The position numbers and the translations under genes are program-made. Below, piece by piece: positions 29,252 to 40,229 of a stretch of DNA of 64,000 nt; positions within the stretch are counted from its first letter, which is position 1, and every line of letters starts with the position of its first letter. The DNA comes from an uncultured Nitrososphaerota archaeon. GTDB lineage: Archaea > Thermoproteota > Nitrososphaeria > Nitrososphaerales > CADDZS01. Below the pieces are notes generated by a model. That model was given only the letters and a program-made list of their open reading frames with translations. It was not told where the DNA came from and did not search any database. Location of the stretch: the NCBI GenBank assembly GCA_963799845.1, contig CAWCYI010000004.1, positions 1,056,001 through 1,120,000 of the forward strand, written 5' to 3'.

Positions 29252-29575
29252 ATGGAAGAGTACGACCTGCTTCAGTGCATCGACAAGGGTCTCGAACCGT
29301 TCGGATCTCACGTCACGCAATCGATTTACTGGAAAATGTCGATTCTCCACAACTATTCGCGCAATGAAGTTATCGAAAATCCTGAACGCCTGTCGAACGT
29401 CATCAGGGAAACTCTCGGCGACAGTTCGGGGGCGGTTGAGGAATCGATAATGAAGGAGATCAGAGAAAAATTCAGCATCCCTGACGAAGAGTCGCAATCG
29501 ATCGTTGATGCGATCGGGAGTGCCAAGAGGCAGATAATCAATATTTACGCCACCACGGTGACTGTATCCTCCTGA
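29252..29575 (+). CDS. NitrOD5/DUF3227-like small helical protein
   Basis: IDKGLEPFG...IYW...IENPERL...LG...VEESI pattern. Confidence 0.55.
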   Translation: MEEYDLLQCIDKGLEPFGSHVTQSIYWKMSILHNYSRNEVIENPERLSNVIRETLGDSSGAVEESIMKEIREKFSIPDEESQSIVDAIGSAKRQIINIYATTVTVSS

Positions 29576-29667
29576 CTTTGTTAGTTCTTGTCTATGTTTT
29601 GGGGCTCTACCCAAACGCTTTCCTTCAACGAAAATGATTTGAAAACGATCTGACGAAAATATCTCGC

Positions 29668-30174
29668 ATGGCCTTTTCTGAGTTTGGAATCGGCATCGCA
29701 AACCTTGCGGGATTCCTTGCTCTCTTTTTCATCATCGCGACCGCGGTAATGATGTTCATTAAGACACGCCTATTCAACAGGTATCCTTCGTACCAGAAGC
29801 TGCTGCGGAATACTCACATCGTCCTCGCTTCACTCGGTGGAGCGTTCCTGTTGGTACACGCTGATTATTTCATAAACGCGCCGATTTTGAACACGGGAAT
29901 TTTTCTCGGCTACGTCTCGACAGCTGTCGCGCTAGTAGTATGGTTCACAGGGTTCTCGTTTCTTGAGCGGTTGAGGTACTCACTTCTCTACCATGGATCG
30001 CTCTCGCTGTTTGCAATCTCTCTTATGGTTGTTCACGCAATAGATCTCGGATTCAACATCTCACTTGAAATTTCGGAAACAATCCTGGCAGCTATTGTCG
30101 TCGTGACATTCGCGCGGGCGCTTTTGCATGTCAACAAGATCTTAAACAAGAAAAGCGTGGCAGTGAGGTCCTAG
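29668..30174 (+). CDS. Membrane protein with TM histidines (possible cytochrome b-like)
   Basis: 5 TM helices; His pairs in TM helices (THIVL...LLVH; LYHGS...MVVH). Confidence 0.65.
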   Translation: MAFSEFGIGIANLAGFLALFFIIATAVMMFIKTRLFNRYPSYQKLLRNTHIVLASLGGAFLLVHADYFINAPILNTGIFLGYVSTAVALVVWFTGFSFLERLRYSLLYHGSLSLFAISLMVVHAIDLGFNISLEISETILAAIVVVTFARALLHVNKILNKKSVAVRS

Positions 30175-30324
30175 TTTGAAGCGCGGCGAGCTCATCTGGA
30201 GAGTTGTGTCCATCTCGTTTTTTGTAGTTGCCAGTGCAATTGCGCTGATCATTCTGATTCAGATGCTCCAGACATTTAGCTAGGATTCCTGAATCGAAAG
30301 TACGAAGTTATTCCAGAAAACAGT

Positions 30325-30597
30325 TTATGACTTCAGTTCGATGTCCAGATTCAGCACGTCCGTTGAACCGAGGTTTTCAATTTCGTGAGTGATTCCCTCG
30401 GAATAAGTCGCCTGACCCTTCGCAATTTCCGCTATCCGGCTGGACCCGTCGGGAAAGGTAAACTTGACCCTCGCGGGATTCATTGTGTACGCGACGTATG
30501 CGGAGTGAGTATGCATGGGCATCTTCTCGCCGGCGGGGAGTCTGATCTCGACAATCTTCACGCGGTCGTTGTCAAGAAGTACTTTCTTTTCTATCAT
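30325..30597 (-). CDS. Cupin domain protein
   Basis: LLDNDRV, PMHTH and THEIENLG motifs. Confidence 0.85.
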   Translation of the reverse strand: MIEKKVLLDNDRVKIVEIRLPAGEKMPMHTHSAYVAYTMNPARVKFTFPDGSSRIAEIAKGQATYSEGITHEIENLGSTDVLNLDIELKS

Positions 30598-30650
30598 GGT
30601 TCGTTGCACTCTGGTTCATATGAAACCGCGTATGTATTTTAAGAGATCAA

Positions 30651-31010
30651 TCAGGCTTTTTTTGGAACGAACTTTAGCGAAATCGAATTGACGCAGTGCC
30701 TCGTATCCTTTGGGGTGAAACCCTCTCCCTCAAACACGTGGCCCAGATGAGCTCCGCAGCTTGCGCACTCGATCTCGATCCTCTCGCCGTCGGGATCGGG
30801 GAGTCTCTTCACCGCGCCTTTGATTTCATCGTCAAAACTCGGCCATCCACACCTTGCGTCAAACTTGTCTTCCGATCTGTACAGGGGAGCATCGCACCTC
30901 TTGCAGATGTACACACCAGGTTGGAAATTTTCTTCATACTCGCCGCTGAACGCCCTCTCGGTACCTTTGCGGACGATAACTCTTTCTTCCTCAGCCGTGA
31001 GTTTATTCAT
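30651..31010 (-). CDS. msrB: Methionine-R-sulfoxide reductase
   Basis: GTERAF, CGWPSF, HLGHVF and RHCVNS motifs; two CxxC. Confidence 0.96.
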   Translation of the reverse strand: MNKLTAEEERVIVRKGTERAFSGEYEENFQPGVYICKRCDAPLYRSEDKFDARCGWPSFDDEIKGAVKRLPDPDGERIEIECASCGAHLGHVFEGEGFTPKDTRHCVNSISLKFVPKKA

Positions 31011-31042
31011 TTTCTCGGCACGGACAGATCAATTGAAAGATC

Positions 31043-31276
31043 CTAATGAATATCTTTTCCCTTCCACGCCTGCGCCTTCTCGCAAAAGGCATCGATTTCC
31101 TTTTGAGATATTGAGCAGTGCCGGTAGTGGTTGATTATTTCCCGCAGCGCTTCCTCGATCGGTGTTGGAGCTCCGGGGCACGATGCGTCGAGCTGGGCCC
31201 TAATCTCGACTAGGGGTTGCCAGATGTCCTTGGGAATGTGGAGAGGAACGCTTTCCTTTGTAGTGGTCATGTGCAC
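31043..31276 (-). CDS. Small hypothetical protein
   Basis: SD-like GGAG upstream; 77 aa. Confidence 0.55.
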   Translation of the reverse strand: MHMTTTKESVPLHIPKDIWQPLVEIRAQLDASCPGAPTPIEEALREIINHYRHCSISQKEIDAFCEKAQAWKGKDIH

Positions 31277-31467
31277 TCCGCTTCATCGCACTAGGAGAAA
31301 AACATTCTGATGGAATCTGTTTCTCTCTTGCCACCCGATCCGCAAGAACAAATGAAAGCGTCAATCTGAATGCTCATCACTGGTTTATGATTAAACATCC
31401 TGTTTCCCTTTCTGTTTAGATACAATAAACTGTAGCACTAAATAGTCGTAGCTCGCTTATCTTCAAT

Positions 31468-33007
31468 TTGAAGGAAGGAAAGATGGTAGACCATCGGGGT
31501 AAGGCTATCATTGCATCGACTATCGCAATACTGATAGCTTTGACCATCGGACTAGGGATCTACTACATTCAACCTGTAGGGTCTGGGGGTATTTCTGTAA
31601 CAACGATAAAGATGCCTAAAGGCAACGGAACAGATCAATATCCCGTGACCTCCGACGATACAAATTCTACATTGGGCTTACAGCTTCAACTTTCGATAGG
31701 CTCCACTTTGTATAATCCTGGCGATAACGTCTCAATCAATATTACGGAGTACAATATTCTTGGAACGCAAAACAACGTTACAGCGTCAAATAATTGGCCA
31801 AACGAGACGAGCCCAATAGCAGTCTGCGATCCGATCTATCCGCTGCGCGTCGGAATCATCAGTGGCTTTTACGATTCAAACAACATTTCTCGAATCTCCT
31901 CGACCCAGATCGTCCACTTTATCGACCCGAATTTGGTGTACCCATGTCCTGCTATTCCGGTGATAAATTCCTACAATTTCCAGCCCAATAGTGACAATGC
32001 AAGTGCTTTGTGTTCTCCTACAGTTTCTAACTGCTACTACCCTATGACACATTCAGTCGATTTCAACGGAAGCTGGATAGAACGAAACGATTCGGGAACA
32101 AACACGTCTGCGACGCTTCAGGATGAGTCCAGGCGTATACACTGTTGCCGGGGGTGACGAGTGGGGAGATCTCACGCTGTTGCATTTTGAGGTAAGCACG
32201 ACATCGAACATTTTGGAAACCACGACAAATACTACAAACAGCTATCCACCTGGTTGTGACTCGCTGGGCTGCACTACAGTCGGCACCACGACGTCGAGCA
32301 TTTGCTCGGTTTCGGCGGAGCCAACCGGTTTCTACCTCCATGTCATAGCGGATGGAACTTCTGATCCTATTCAGGGAGCAAGACTAAACGCGACGCTAGT
32401 GAATGGATGCGGTTATCCTCCCGCCAGCCCGGATTATCAGATCATCACCACGAATTCGACTGGGTGGGCCTCGGTTTCTATTCCGCAGAATGCCTCAGGA
32501 GCTTTCTCATTTATCTTCAACGTTCAGTTTCCCTCCGCTAATTTTTCAAAAACTTTTCAAGTAGGGTGGGCTCCGCAGCAGGGAACATTCGTAACGCTGA
32601 GTTTGCCGTCGGGTGCCGTCAGCGTCAATTATCGCTTCCCTATCACCTGCAACGGCGTTTGCTACTATCTGGATATTTCTGAAGAAATTTCTGTCGTGCA
32701 GCCGACTGGTGATTACATAATCCAGCTCTGGACAAACAATACCAATTCAGAGCCAACGATCTCAAACATTACGCTTCTAACACAACCTGCAAACCGAACC
32801 CAGATCATCCAGTTTTACTTGCCGGTCGCAAGCTATGTATTTGTCAGTCCAACATTCACTCTGGTCCCGAACAGCAACGGCACGCTGTTTTACCTCACTT
32901 CGGGTAATGGGACGAGGATCTCTACGACTATTGACACAACTAATAACCTGCTCTACACCAATGAAAAAGTCCACGGTTGGATCGAGATCAATTGCTTCAT
33001 AGCATGA
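31468..33007 (+). CDS. Anchored surface protein: GDEWG domain + prealbumin-like domain + C-terminal domain; frameshift at ~32120
   Basis: ORFs 31468-32157 and 32123-33007 together give one complete GDEWG domain, as in paralog 51390-52547. Confidence 0.75.
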
Positions 33008-33062
33008 TCTAGACCTTCCGAGCCGCCACGGTACAGTTCACCTAGTATAATGAAGACAAGAT

Positions 33063-33308
33063 TCACAGGAGAAGAGCGCCAATAGAATGCGGACGATCCG
33101 GTAATAAGGGCAGAGATGGGTTGCAGGTCCAGGAGTAGGTACCGGCATATTTCGTTACGCCATAGTGAATCAGCTGACAGCTCAATGACTTGTAAATTGT
33201 GGTCGCTGTCCCTAGAGTTATGCTACCGACGTAAACAACGGAAGCTGCAAAGACAAAAGCTCCAACGAGCATGATGCCGATAGCAAGTACTATCCAACGA
33301 GTAGTCAT
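33063..33308 (-). CDS. Small anchored hypothetical protein
   Basis: N-terminal TM helix; Cys pair. Confidence 0.5.
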   Translation of the reverse strand: MTTRWIVLAIGIMLVGAFVFAASVVYVGSITLGTATTIYKSLSCQLIHYGVTKYAGTYSWTCNPSLPLLPDRPHSIGALLL

Positions 33309-33488
33309 CCTGTTTACTCAAGTGGGATCAAAGCCTATCCATACTTGAATCTTCTTTTCAGAACACTTCTCTCACCATTTGATTATGATTTTCATTCAGC
33401 TGAGAACCTCCAGTATAACAAAATTATGGCACCTAATGATCAGTAAATTCGACAGTCTCAAATAACGGTACAACACAACGATCTGGAC

Positions 33489-34010
33489 ATGTCCCGGAGA
33501 ACGCTGATGTGGGATGGCCTGGGTCTTCTTTCATTCATTTCCGGGTCGCTCTTGATCAGCAGTGCATCATCTCCGTCAATGTATGTCTCCCCGTACTGCG
33601 TCGGCGGGGAGTTGAATTTTTGCCCGGTGCTTTCGGAATTTAACTGGTCTCCCTGGTTTTTCGTCCTCGGAGTGCTCTTGGTATTTCTCGCCTACCCGGT
33701 TGCGCTCGCGGGATCTGACAAAAATCTCGATGAACCGCTCATTCTTAACCGAACCATTTCGGGAATCTCTTTCATGCTCACAGGTGCTGTGGTAACGATC
33801 CTCGGCGTGGAAAGCTTTCAGGAAGTCCAATTCATGGTAAATTGCCCAGTGAATTACTGTTCGACCGGCATATTCAGCCCGGTCTATCTCCTGAGCTGGA
33901 TTCAGATTTTCTTCGGTCTTTCTCTTGTAGCGGTCGGCGCCTTCCTTCTGGAATCAAGACGGTCCAAAAAGATGCTGATGCAGGAAACAGCTCAGCAAAT
34001 AACTGGTTGA
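33489..34010 (+). CDS. 4-TM membrane protein with Cys-pair loops
   Basis: Two TM-loop(C..C)-TM units. Confidence 0.65.
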   Translation: MSRRTLMWDGLGLLSFISGSLLISSASSPSMYVSPYCVGGELNFCPVLSEFNWSPWFFVLGVLLVFLAYPVALAGSDKNLDEPLILNRTISGISFMLTGAVVTILGVESFQEVQFMVNCPVNYCSTGIFSPVYLLSWIQIFFGLSLVAVGAFLLESRRSKKMLMQETAQQITG

Positions 34011-34048
34011 AAAGAATGATAACGTGATCTTTCTGTCGGTTGAACATA

Positions 34049-34456
34049 CTAACAGTCTATTGCCACATTTGATTGTTCCGAGGAAAGCGATAATCCATTA
34101 ACTGCCCATGCGAAGACATTGACAGTGTAGTTTCCATATGGCAGAGTTATGATCACGTATGTAGTTAGATTTTGTCCGCCAGATACAATGACACTAGAAG
34201 TGGAGACCTCGAGTGTTTGTCCAATTGAGTTGTGAAATACACCGAAGACGATTGCATTAAGCGAAATCGCCAAATTATTTGTAAGTGGAACTTCAATCGT
34301 TTGGTAGCCGAGCGGATAACACGATGCTGGTGATGGAACCGTGATTGGGTCCAAAAAATTTGCGCCAGTACTTGCCAAAATTGTAGTGTTCGATCCACCA
34401 ATCAGCAATATACCAACGATAATTAAATTCAACAATTTCATTTGAAGACAGTTCAT
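34049..34456 (-). CDS. Exported Ig-like domain protein
   Basis: Signal peptide; beta-rich, VFHNSIGQT...GNYTVNVFAW. Confidence 0.65.
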   Translation of the reverse strand: MNCLQMKLLNLIIVGILLIGGSNTTILASTGANFLDPITVPSPASCYPLGYQTIEVPLTNNLAISLNAIVFGVFHNSIGQTLEVSTSSVIVSGGQNLTTYVIITLPYGNYTVNVFAWAVNGLSLSSEQSNVAIDC

Positions 34457-34547
34457 ATCCCTTGTCTACCCATCAGCATGGGCTAGACGATCCTTTCGTA
34501 ATCATGTGCAATAAGCGTTCCTAAATCGAGAACGTGTAGTTTGATAC

Positions 34548-35861
34548 GTGGCTTCAAATATGGCCGATGAGCATGACTTGGTCATGAAATTGAAGAACGG
34601 GTTGGCGATCAGTCAAACCGCAACTATCATTGTGCTTGTCCTCATAATTGCAGGTGTTTCCGTCGGATTCGGATCCGGCTACGTTGAAGGTCAGCAAGGA
34701 AAGACGACGATAACAACTACAACTTCGCAGTATGAAGAGTCCCAGCAAACGATTATTTCGTTTCAGACGGCTACTACGACTGTTTCCAATTCGACCACGA
34801 TCTCCGAATACCTGGGTGCTGCTTCCACGACGGTAACTTCGACTCTATTCCAGACAAACGTAGTCAGCGAAAACGATTCGCTGTCGAATTTGGTGGTGGC
34901 CAACGTCACTGTTGACGGATTTCCAGACAGCATCGGAATCAACACGAATACCGATGTGGTGTACGTCGAGTACTCCTTCAATACGACGAACCTTGCAGTA
35001 ATCAATGGAAGTACAGATTCGTTGATCACGAGCATACCGCTGGGGTCGGCGACGCAGGCGACTCCCATAGTGAATCCGGATACAAACACGGTCTACATAG
35101 GAAACGTCATAATCAACGGAAGCACGAACGAGGTTTCCCAGTACTATAACCAGAGCTTGACCTTCGTCGCTGCCGACCCAAGCTCAAACGTAGTCTATGC
35201 GATGAACACGACGGGCTACGCTACAAACAGCACTACCACGATATTTGAGGTAAACGGCTCGAACAACAAGATCGTTAGCTCCGTCAGTTTTGAGGGAGAA
35301 CCCGCGGCTGGAGACAATCCAATCGCGATGAACGAGCAAACCGGAATACTCTACCTTGCGGTATGCACGAATGAATGCGGCTTTTTGGAACATTCTATCA
35401 TTGGAATCGGCCAGACCTCTTCCGGTCTCACGATTTTATCCCAGATTGCACTAGACCAGCTGGTGTTCAATATAGCAGTTGATCCTTCGACAAACATGAT
35501 CTTCGTCACTGCACTACAAAACCTGCTCATCGCTATCAACGGAACAACCGATCAGATTGTAGATGAGATTCCAATTACGGCGTACGCAAATGAACTCCGG
35601 GGAATCACAGTCGATCCTACCGGGAACGAAATTTTTCTGGCTGGTGGTCCCGACTGTCAAAGCTTTTCAGGCTGCGGAGCTAACACACTGTACGTAGTGA
35701 GCGAAGGAAATTACGGAATCTTTGCGATGTTCACGAGTCCCAATCCGTTCATCCTTCAATTTGACCCCGCGAATAATCAGACGTACGCCGTTTTCTATTT
35801 CTCTGATTTCGTGGCAGCGCTGAGGATACCACACTACAACGAGACGTTCCTGCTTCCGTAG
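34548..35861 (+). CDS. Anchored YncE/YVTN-like beta-propeller surface protein
   Basis: Repeats of VNPDTNTVY / VDPSTNMIFV / VINGSTD; Thr-rich stalk. Confidence 0.85.
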   Translation: MASNMADEHDLVMKLKNGLAISQTATIIVLVLIIAGVSVGFGSGYVEGQQGKTTITTTTSQYEESQQTIISFQTATTTVSNSTTISEYLGAASTTVTSTLFQTNVVSENDSLSNLVVANVTVDGFPDSIGINTNTDVVYVEYSFNTTNLAVINGSTDSLITSIPLGSATQATPIVNPDTNTVYIGNVIINGSTNEVSQYYNQSLTFVAADPSSNVVYAMNTTGYATNSTTTIFEVNGSNNKIVSSVSFEGEPAAGDNPIAMNEQTGILYLAVCTNECGFLEHSIIGIGQTSSGLTILSQIALDQLVFNIAVDPSTNMIFVTALQNLLIAINGTTDQIVDEIPITAYANELRGITVDPTGNEIFLAGGPDCQSFSGCGANTLYVVSEGNYGIFAMFTSPNPFILQFDPANNQTYAVFYFSDFVAALRIPHYNETFLLP

Positions 35862-35876
35862 ATTCGTTATCACGAA

Positions 35877-36701
35877 TTAGTTCGTCTGATTTGTCGTTGG
35901 CGACGTAACGACAAAGTGCAATAGGACCATCTGTCCCCATTCGTCCCCGGCAGCAATCGTGTAGGCTCCATCGCTGAAGGGTGTCGAAGAGATGGTGATA
36001 TTTCCAGAATTTGACTCATACAAGCTCACGAATCCTGTTATCACATTGGAAGATGTCAATGCCGTATTGTATGTTATTCCTGAAGAATTCTCGAAAGCTC
36101 CGTAAGCTGCTGCCTGCGAACTGTTTGGCTGGAAGACGTAGTTTCGAAAGTCAAGATTGGGACAATATGAGGGTGAGCTGATACTGACATTCATCGGAAT
36201 CGAAGATGAAATGTTAGCTTGGGTATAGTAACCGCTGGAAACTAGGACAGATTCCCAAGCAGGGCAGGGGAAAAAATCTCCGGAGAAGTTTTGAAGGACT
36301 GGAATCGCCCAACCAGAAGCTCCGGTTACGTTGTTTATCCTCGACAATGTATTGAAAAGAGAGACGGAGATGTTGACCGCCTGACCGCTTTGAATTCTCG
36401 AGGAATTTATTGAAAGTTCAAGCTTCAACGCCAAGGATGAATTTGTAGTCTCGGCGAAAGTATCGTTGGCTGTTGAATCGGAAAGATTCTTGGTCGTAAT
36501 GTTGACCTTGACGGAACCGTTCGTGCGAGTTATCATAATGCTGGCTAGGACAGTGCCGATAAGAGCTACGGCAAAAAGAAATGCCACGAGCGAAATTATG
36601 GCAAAATGCGAGATTCTACCGCTTCTTGCGAATTTCAAAGGACTACTGCCACTTTTATGAAACACGAATGGATCCTCATTCTCATTGGAAGGACCTCTCA
36701 A
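35877..36701 (-). CDS. Anchored surface protein, single GDEWG domain
   Basis: GAYTIAAGDEWGQMVLLHFVV; conserved Cys pair; SGYY and FQP motifs. Confidence 0.8.
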   Translation of the reverse strand: MRGPSNENEDPFVFHKSGSSPLKFARSGRISHFAIISLVAFLFAVALIGTVLASIMITRTNGSVKVNITTKNLSDSTANDTFAETTNSSLALKLELSINSSRIQSGQAVNISVSLFNTLSRINNVTGASGWAIPVLQNFSGDFFPCPAWESVLVSSGYYTQANISSSIPMNVSISSPSYCPNLDFRNYVFQPNSSQAAAYGAFENSSGITYNTALTSSNVITGFVSLYESNSGNITISSTPFSDGAYTIAAGDEWGQMVLLHFVVTSPTTNQTN

Positions 36702-36832
36702 AGTTAGGTCAGAGGGCAGGCATCAATCGCAAAGCTCCTTATCTTCCATCTTGATTTTCACGCGGAGCCATCCTATAAAGTTCTAGTCCTCAGAACAATC
36801 AGATCTCATCCTCTTTACTTCCGGTCTAGATC

Positions 36833-37306
36833 TTACTCCGAAATGAGCGAGCCTGAAACTGACTCACCGTTAGCCAAGACAATCACGTAGTTCCAATCCT
36901 CTCCCGCCGTGATATTCACAGGAAATGCGGTTCTTGGATAATAGGTTAAGTTAGTTACTTTGCCAGAAGCGATTACATTGGCTGGAGAATGAACTGAGAA
37001 ATCAATCAGACTGGTCGAGTTTTCTCCGTCCTGCCATGTCGTTATTGTTATTCTCTCCTCCGTGACTGATAGCGAAGTTACATATGTTTCTGCTTCCGGA
37101 TTATTGAAAGATATCGAGAGGTTTGCTTTCGGTGGATTGGAGGACGACCCAGTGAGCCCATCGTAAAAGTTGGCCGATGAAAGGGTGAGCCCCGGATAAC
37201 TGGCATCGCAACCCAAACAGGTTTCCAAGGTTGCAAAGTACAGAGTTCCAGCTATCACTGTGACTGCCAGTGCGAGGATCAGGAGATTTCTTGCTTGGAA
37301 CTTCAA
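36833..37306 (-). CDS. Exported protein, possibly pilin-like globular domain
   Basis: N-terminal TM helix, CxxC, beta-rich C-terminus YVIVLANGESVSG. Confidence 0.6.
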   Translation of the reverse strand: MKFQARNLLILALAVTVIAGTLYFATLETCLGCDASYPGLTLSSANFYDGLTGSSSNPPKANLSISFNNPEAETYVTSLSVTEERITITTWQDGENSTSLIDFSVHSPANVIASGKVTNLTYYPRTAFPVNITAGEDWNYVIVLANGESVSGSLISE

Positions 37307-37498
37307 TCGAGGAATACGATATTTCGTCTCACTAACGTTTTGGTCTTCTGGAGCACGAATCGTGTTTCGAGTTCTCGATCGTGTTCATTCTACGTACCCA
37401 TATGAGTTCCGAAGGAGCTAACCGAACCCGTTCTAACTCTTGAATTATTTGAGCTAAAGATTAGTCTCAAATATAACGGTCTCTAGCTATGCTGTAAC

Positions 37499-38041
37499 TT
37501 GCGGGACAAAGACACCAGATCAGCTATTTCGATCATCACCGGAGTTGCAGTTGTCGCTTTGGTTATACTTTCATCGGTTGCTGGATATCTGTTGAGCAGG
37601 TCGCAATTCTCCCAACAGACCACTACGGATGTAGTTTCGTCTGTATCCACTCAGACAATCATTCAGCTGAAAGAGACCACCATTACCACTGAGGAGACTA
37701 TTACTGAAGAGACGACATTGCCCTACAATCTAACATCGACTAGCCTCGTTAATTTGTTTACGATAACAGATGATCTAATTATCCAAGCTGTCGCGGGCTA
37801 TACGGTAACCATAAGCGGCAACTGCACTATCTATCCTGGCACAATCTCTGTAAGCAGCGTTTCGAACTACACGTCGATAATCTTGCCCACGAATGCCACC
37901 AGCAACCTTGCAACGATCACATACATTACGGACTATAACATCAGTGATGTTTCTACTACAATAACGTTAAACTCCGTTACAGTTTTGAACGGGTCAACAA
38001 TTACCACTATGAGCTTCTCCAGCTGCCCCAGCAGCGCTTAG
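37499..38041 (+). CDS. Anchored Thr/Ser-rich surface protein
   Basis: Class-III-like signal TRSA|ISII; two Cys. Confidence 0.65.
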   Translation: MRDKDTRSAISIITGVAVVALVILSSVAGYLLSRSQFSQQTTTDVVSSVSTQTIIQLKETTITTEETITEETTLPYNLTSTSLVNLFTITDDLIIQAVAGYTVTISGNCTIYPGTISVSSVSNYTSIILPTNATSNLATITYITDYNISDVSTTITLNSVTVLNGSTITTMSFSSCPSSA

Positions 38042-38158
38042 TACCTAGAAAGTTAACACTCAGTTGACAGGACACACCGATTGAAAGTAAAACTAGGATG
38101 CCTTTAATTCTCAACGAAACCTAAATAGAAGAGTACTGATTACGAACTCTCGCCTATT

Positions 38159-39055
38159 TTGGACCTACCAACTCATTTCTTCTTCGGAATCGCAGTGGCG
38201 CTTGTTTTCTTCGGGAGGCCAGAGGTGGCGCTTCTCGTCGGAGTAGGTGCACTCCTCCCGGATCTTGATAGAGAATACTGGTACGTGAAACCTCAGAAAT
38301 ATGCCGATGAACAGTATCACAGGGCCAGATTCCACAACGTTTTCGCCATTCTCGCTGCCTATCTCGTCAGTCCCTTCCTCTCCTTGGGAGTGTTCCTTCA
38401 CATGTTGCAGGATTCATTCACGACTGCAAAGGATCGGGGAGTAGAATGGTTCTATCCCCTGACCTGACTTGTCAAGAGAGGAATGTATGACGCCGACGGG
38501 AAAACACAGCCACAAGATCCCAGAGAACACGTTTACTTTTATCAGGAAGATCCGATAGGTATCATAGAACATGCCGACGTGGATCTAAGGGAAAACCATC
38601 CGGTACCATGGCGGAGAGTTTACGGGTTCGCCCAGAACAGCCACTTGCTTGACAGGGGATTCCTGTTCTGTTCGCTGGTTGTAATTTTGATCTGGTTTGC
38701 CGCTCCCATGACTTTTGCGAGATTCATGCTGTTTGGAAACTTTTTCCAGACAAACTGGCTCGTTTGGCTTCTCGGTTATCTTTCCGTCGTGGTTCTGTTC
38801 GCAGCCGGCGAAACTCAGCGTAGAGATGTCCCGGCAAAGCTTCCTCAATTAAAGCCAATCCAGCTTCCTCTTCTTATCGCTGGAATCATCTTGCTAGTAT
38901 CTTGGCTGGTGGTTTACGGCTCTCAGATTCTTAGTAATTTGATGAACATTTTCGCCGCTCCGCTGCCAATCGTTCTAGGCGTCATACTCGTCCCGATTAC
39001 CGCAGTCCTGGTCTTACTGTGGCAGATCAGAAAAGGCAAGACCACAGTTGTATGA
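38159..39055 (+). pseudogene. Membrane-bound metal-dependent hydrolase (YdjM-like) with in-frame TGA (38465-38467)
   Basis: THFF, LPDLD, HRARFH and HMLQDSFT motifs; ORFs 38159 and 38483 are in the same frame (FYPLT*LVKRGMYD). Confidence 0.75.
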
Positions 39056-39305
39056 AAAAGCCACTTCGTATGAATCATAAATGCTTCGCTCGGGCCGGTG
39101 TCGCCCCAACCGGGAGTGTTTCTCGGTTCGATGTGCGATCAAAAGCGATCCCTCGACTGTTAATTGGGGATCCCACAAACTATCTGGAATAGAGCAAACT
39201 CAAAAACGAGTTTTCTCCAAGAATCCTAGGGCGATTTCTGTTTTCTGTAATCGATGTGAAACGATTATAATTCGTCTGAAACGAGTTAACGAAACAACGT
39301 GGTTT

Positions 39306-40085
39306 ATGATGAAAAACTTGAAGGTGTTCTTGAGCGTTTTACTATTCGGAGGGATGTTGTTACTTTTCACCGCGGAAACATTTCCTCTGACTACCGTCGC
39401 AGCATCAACGCAGTCTCCTCTGGCATCGACTCTCTATACCGGATACCAGGTGGTTGGTCCCTATACGACTTTGAGGGTCAAAGGTTCCTGGGTAGTCCCT
39501 ACTGCCAATTGCGCAGCAACGCCAAACTCTGTCTCGAATATCTCCGTGATCATCGACGGCATTAATGGCGAGGGCGACGCGATGGAGATTGGCACTTATC
39601 AGAACTGTGTCAACGGAGTTGCGGTCTACGGAGCCTTTGTGAATCTCTATCCCATGACTACATTCTACGGAAAGGGAGGCATCTCTAAGGTAGTCATTCA
39701 TCCCGGTGATATAGTTGAGGCCCAGGGCACCTGGAGACCTTCAACTCAAACGCCAGTAAACTGGAATACTAATTTCATCGATGAAACCACAAAAGTACAG
39801 GTAGATACAAACGCGCGCACAAGTTCTGGATTCAAGCCGGTCCTAGATTCCGGAGCAATAATTCTTAGTTCGGACGGTCATACTCTGACAGCTTTGAGTA
39901 CGATAGATTCGGGTCAACGTTACACGAAAGTTAATCCGTCTGATCTAACCGGACCGCAGCTGGCAAAGTCGACCTTCGGCGAAACTGGTGCCTTGGCTGG
40001 CTATACCCTCATCGCTTGGCAAATTCCTGGAACAACCTTGGGTCCATTGACAAACAGCGGATCCAGCTTCCAGATAACTGCGTAG
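39306..40085 (+). CDS. Peptidase G1 (eqolisin) family homolog, catalytic motifs degenerate
   Basis: Signal peptide; YTGY...VKGSWVVP...C...VIIDG...EIGT...C...YGAF..YP...PGD framework; start taken as ATG 39306. Confidence 0.7.
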   Translation: MMKNLKVFLSVLLFGGMLLLFTAETFPLTTVAASTQSPLASTLYTGYQVVGPYTTLRVKGSWVVPTANCAATPNSVSNISVIIDGINGEGDAMEIGTYQNCVNGVAVYGAFVNLYPMTTFYGKGGISKVVIHPGDIVEAQGTWRPSTQTPVNWNTNFIDETTKVQVDTNARTSSGFKPVLDSGAIILSSDGHTLTALSTIDSGQRYTKVNPSDLTGPQLAKSTFGETGALAGYTLIAWQIPGTTLGPLTNSGSSFQITA

Positions 40086-40229
40086 TTCTCGGATAACTAC
40101 GCGGCTTTTTCTTAGTCCGGACACACTAATTCTCTTGTTTCGGAACGAAGGCGTATAGGATAGCGAATAGTAAATTATCTCAGGTTAGTTTTCCGATTCA
40201 AGTAATAGTCCGTGAATCGCATTCGTCGA

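Noticed and set aside
39085-39160. GC-rich stretch with GGTTCGAT resembling a tRNA T-loop
   Set aside because: No T-stem, acceptor stem or anticodon arm pairing.
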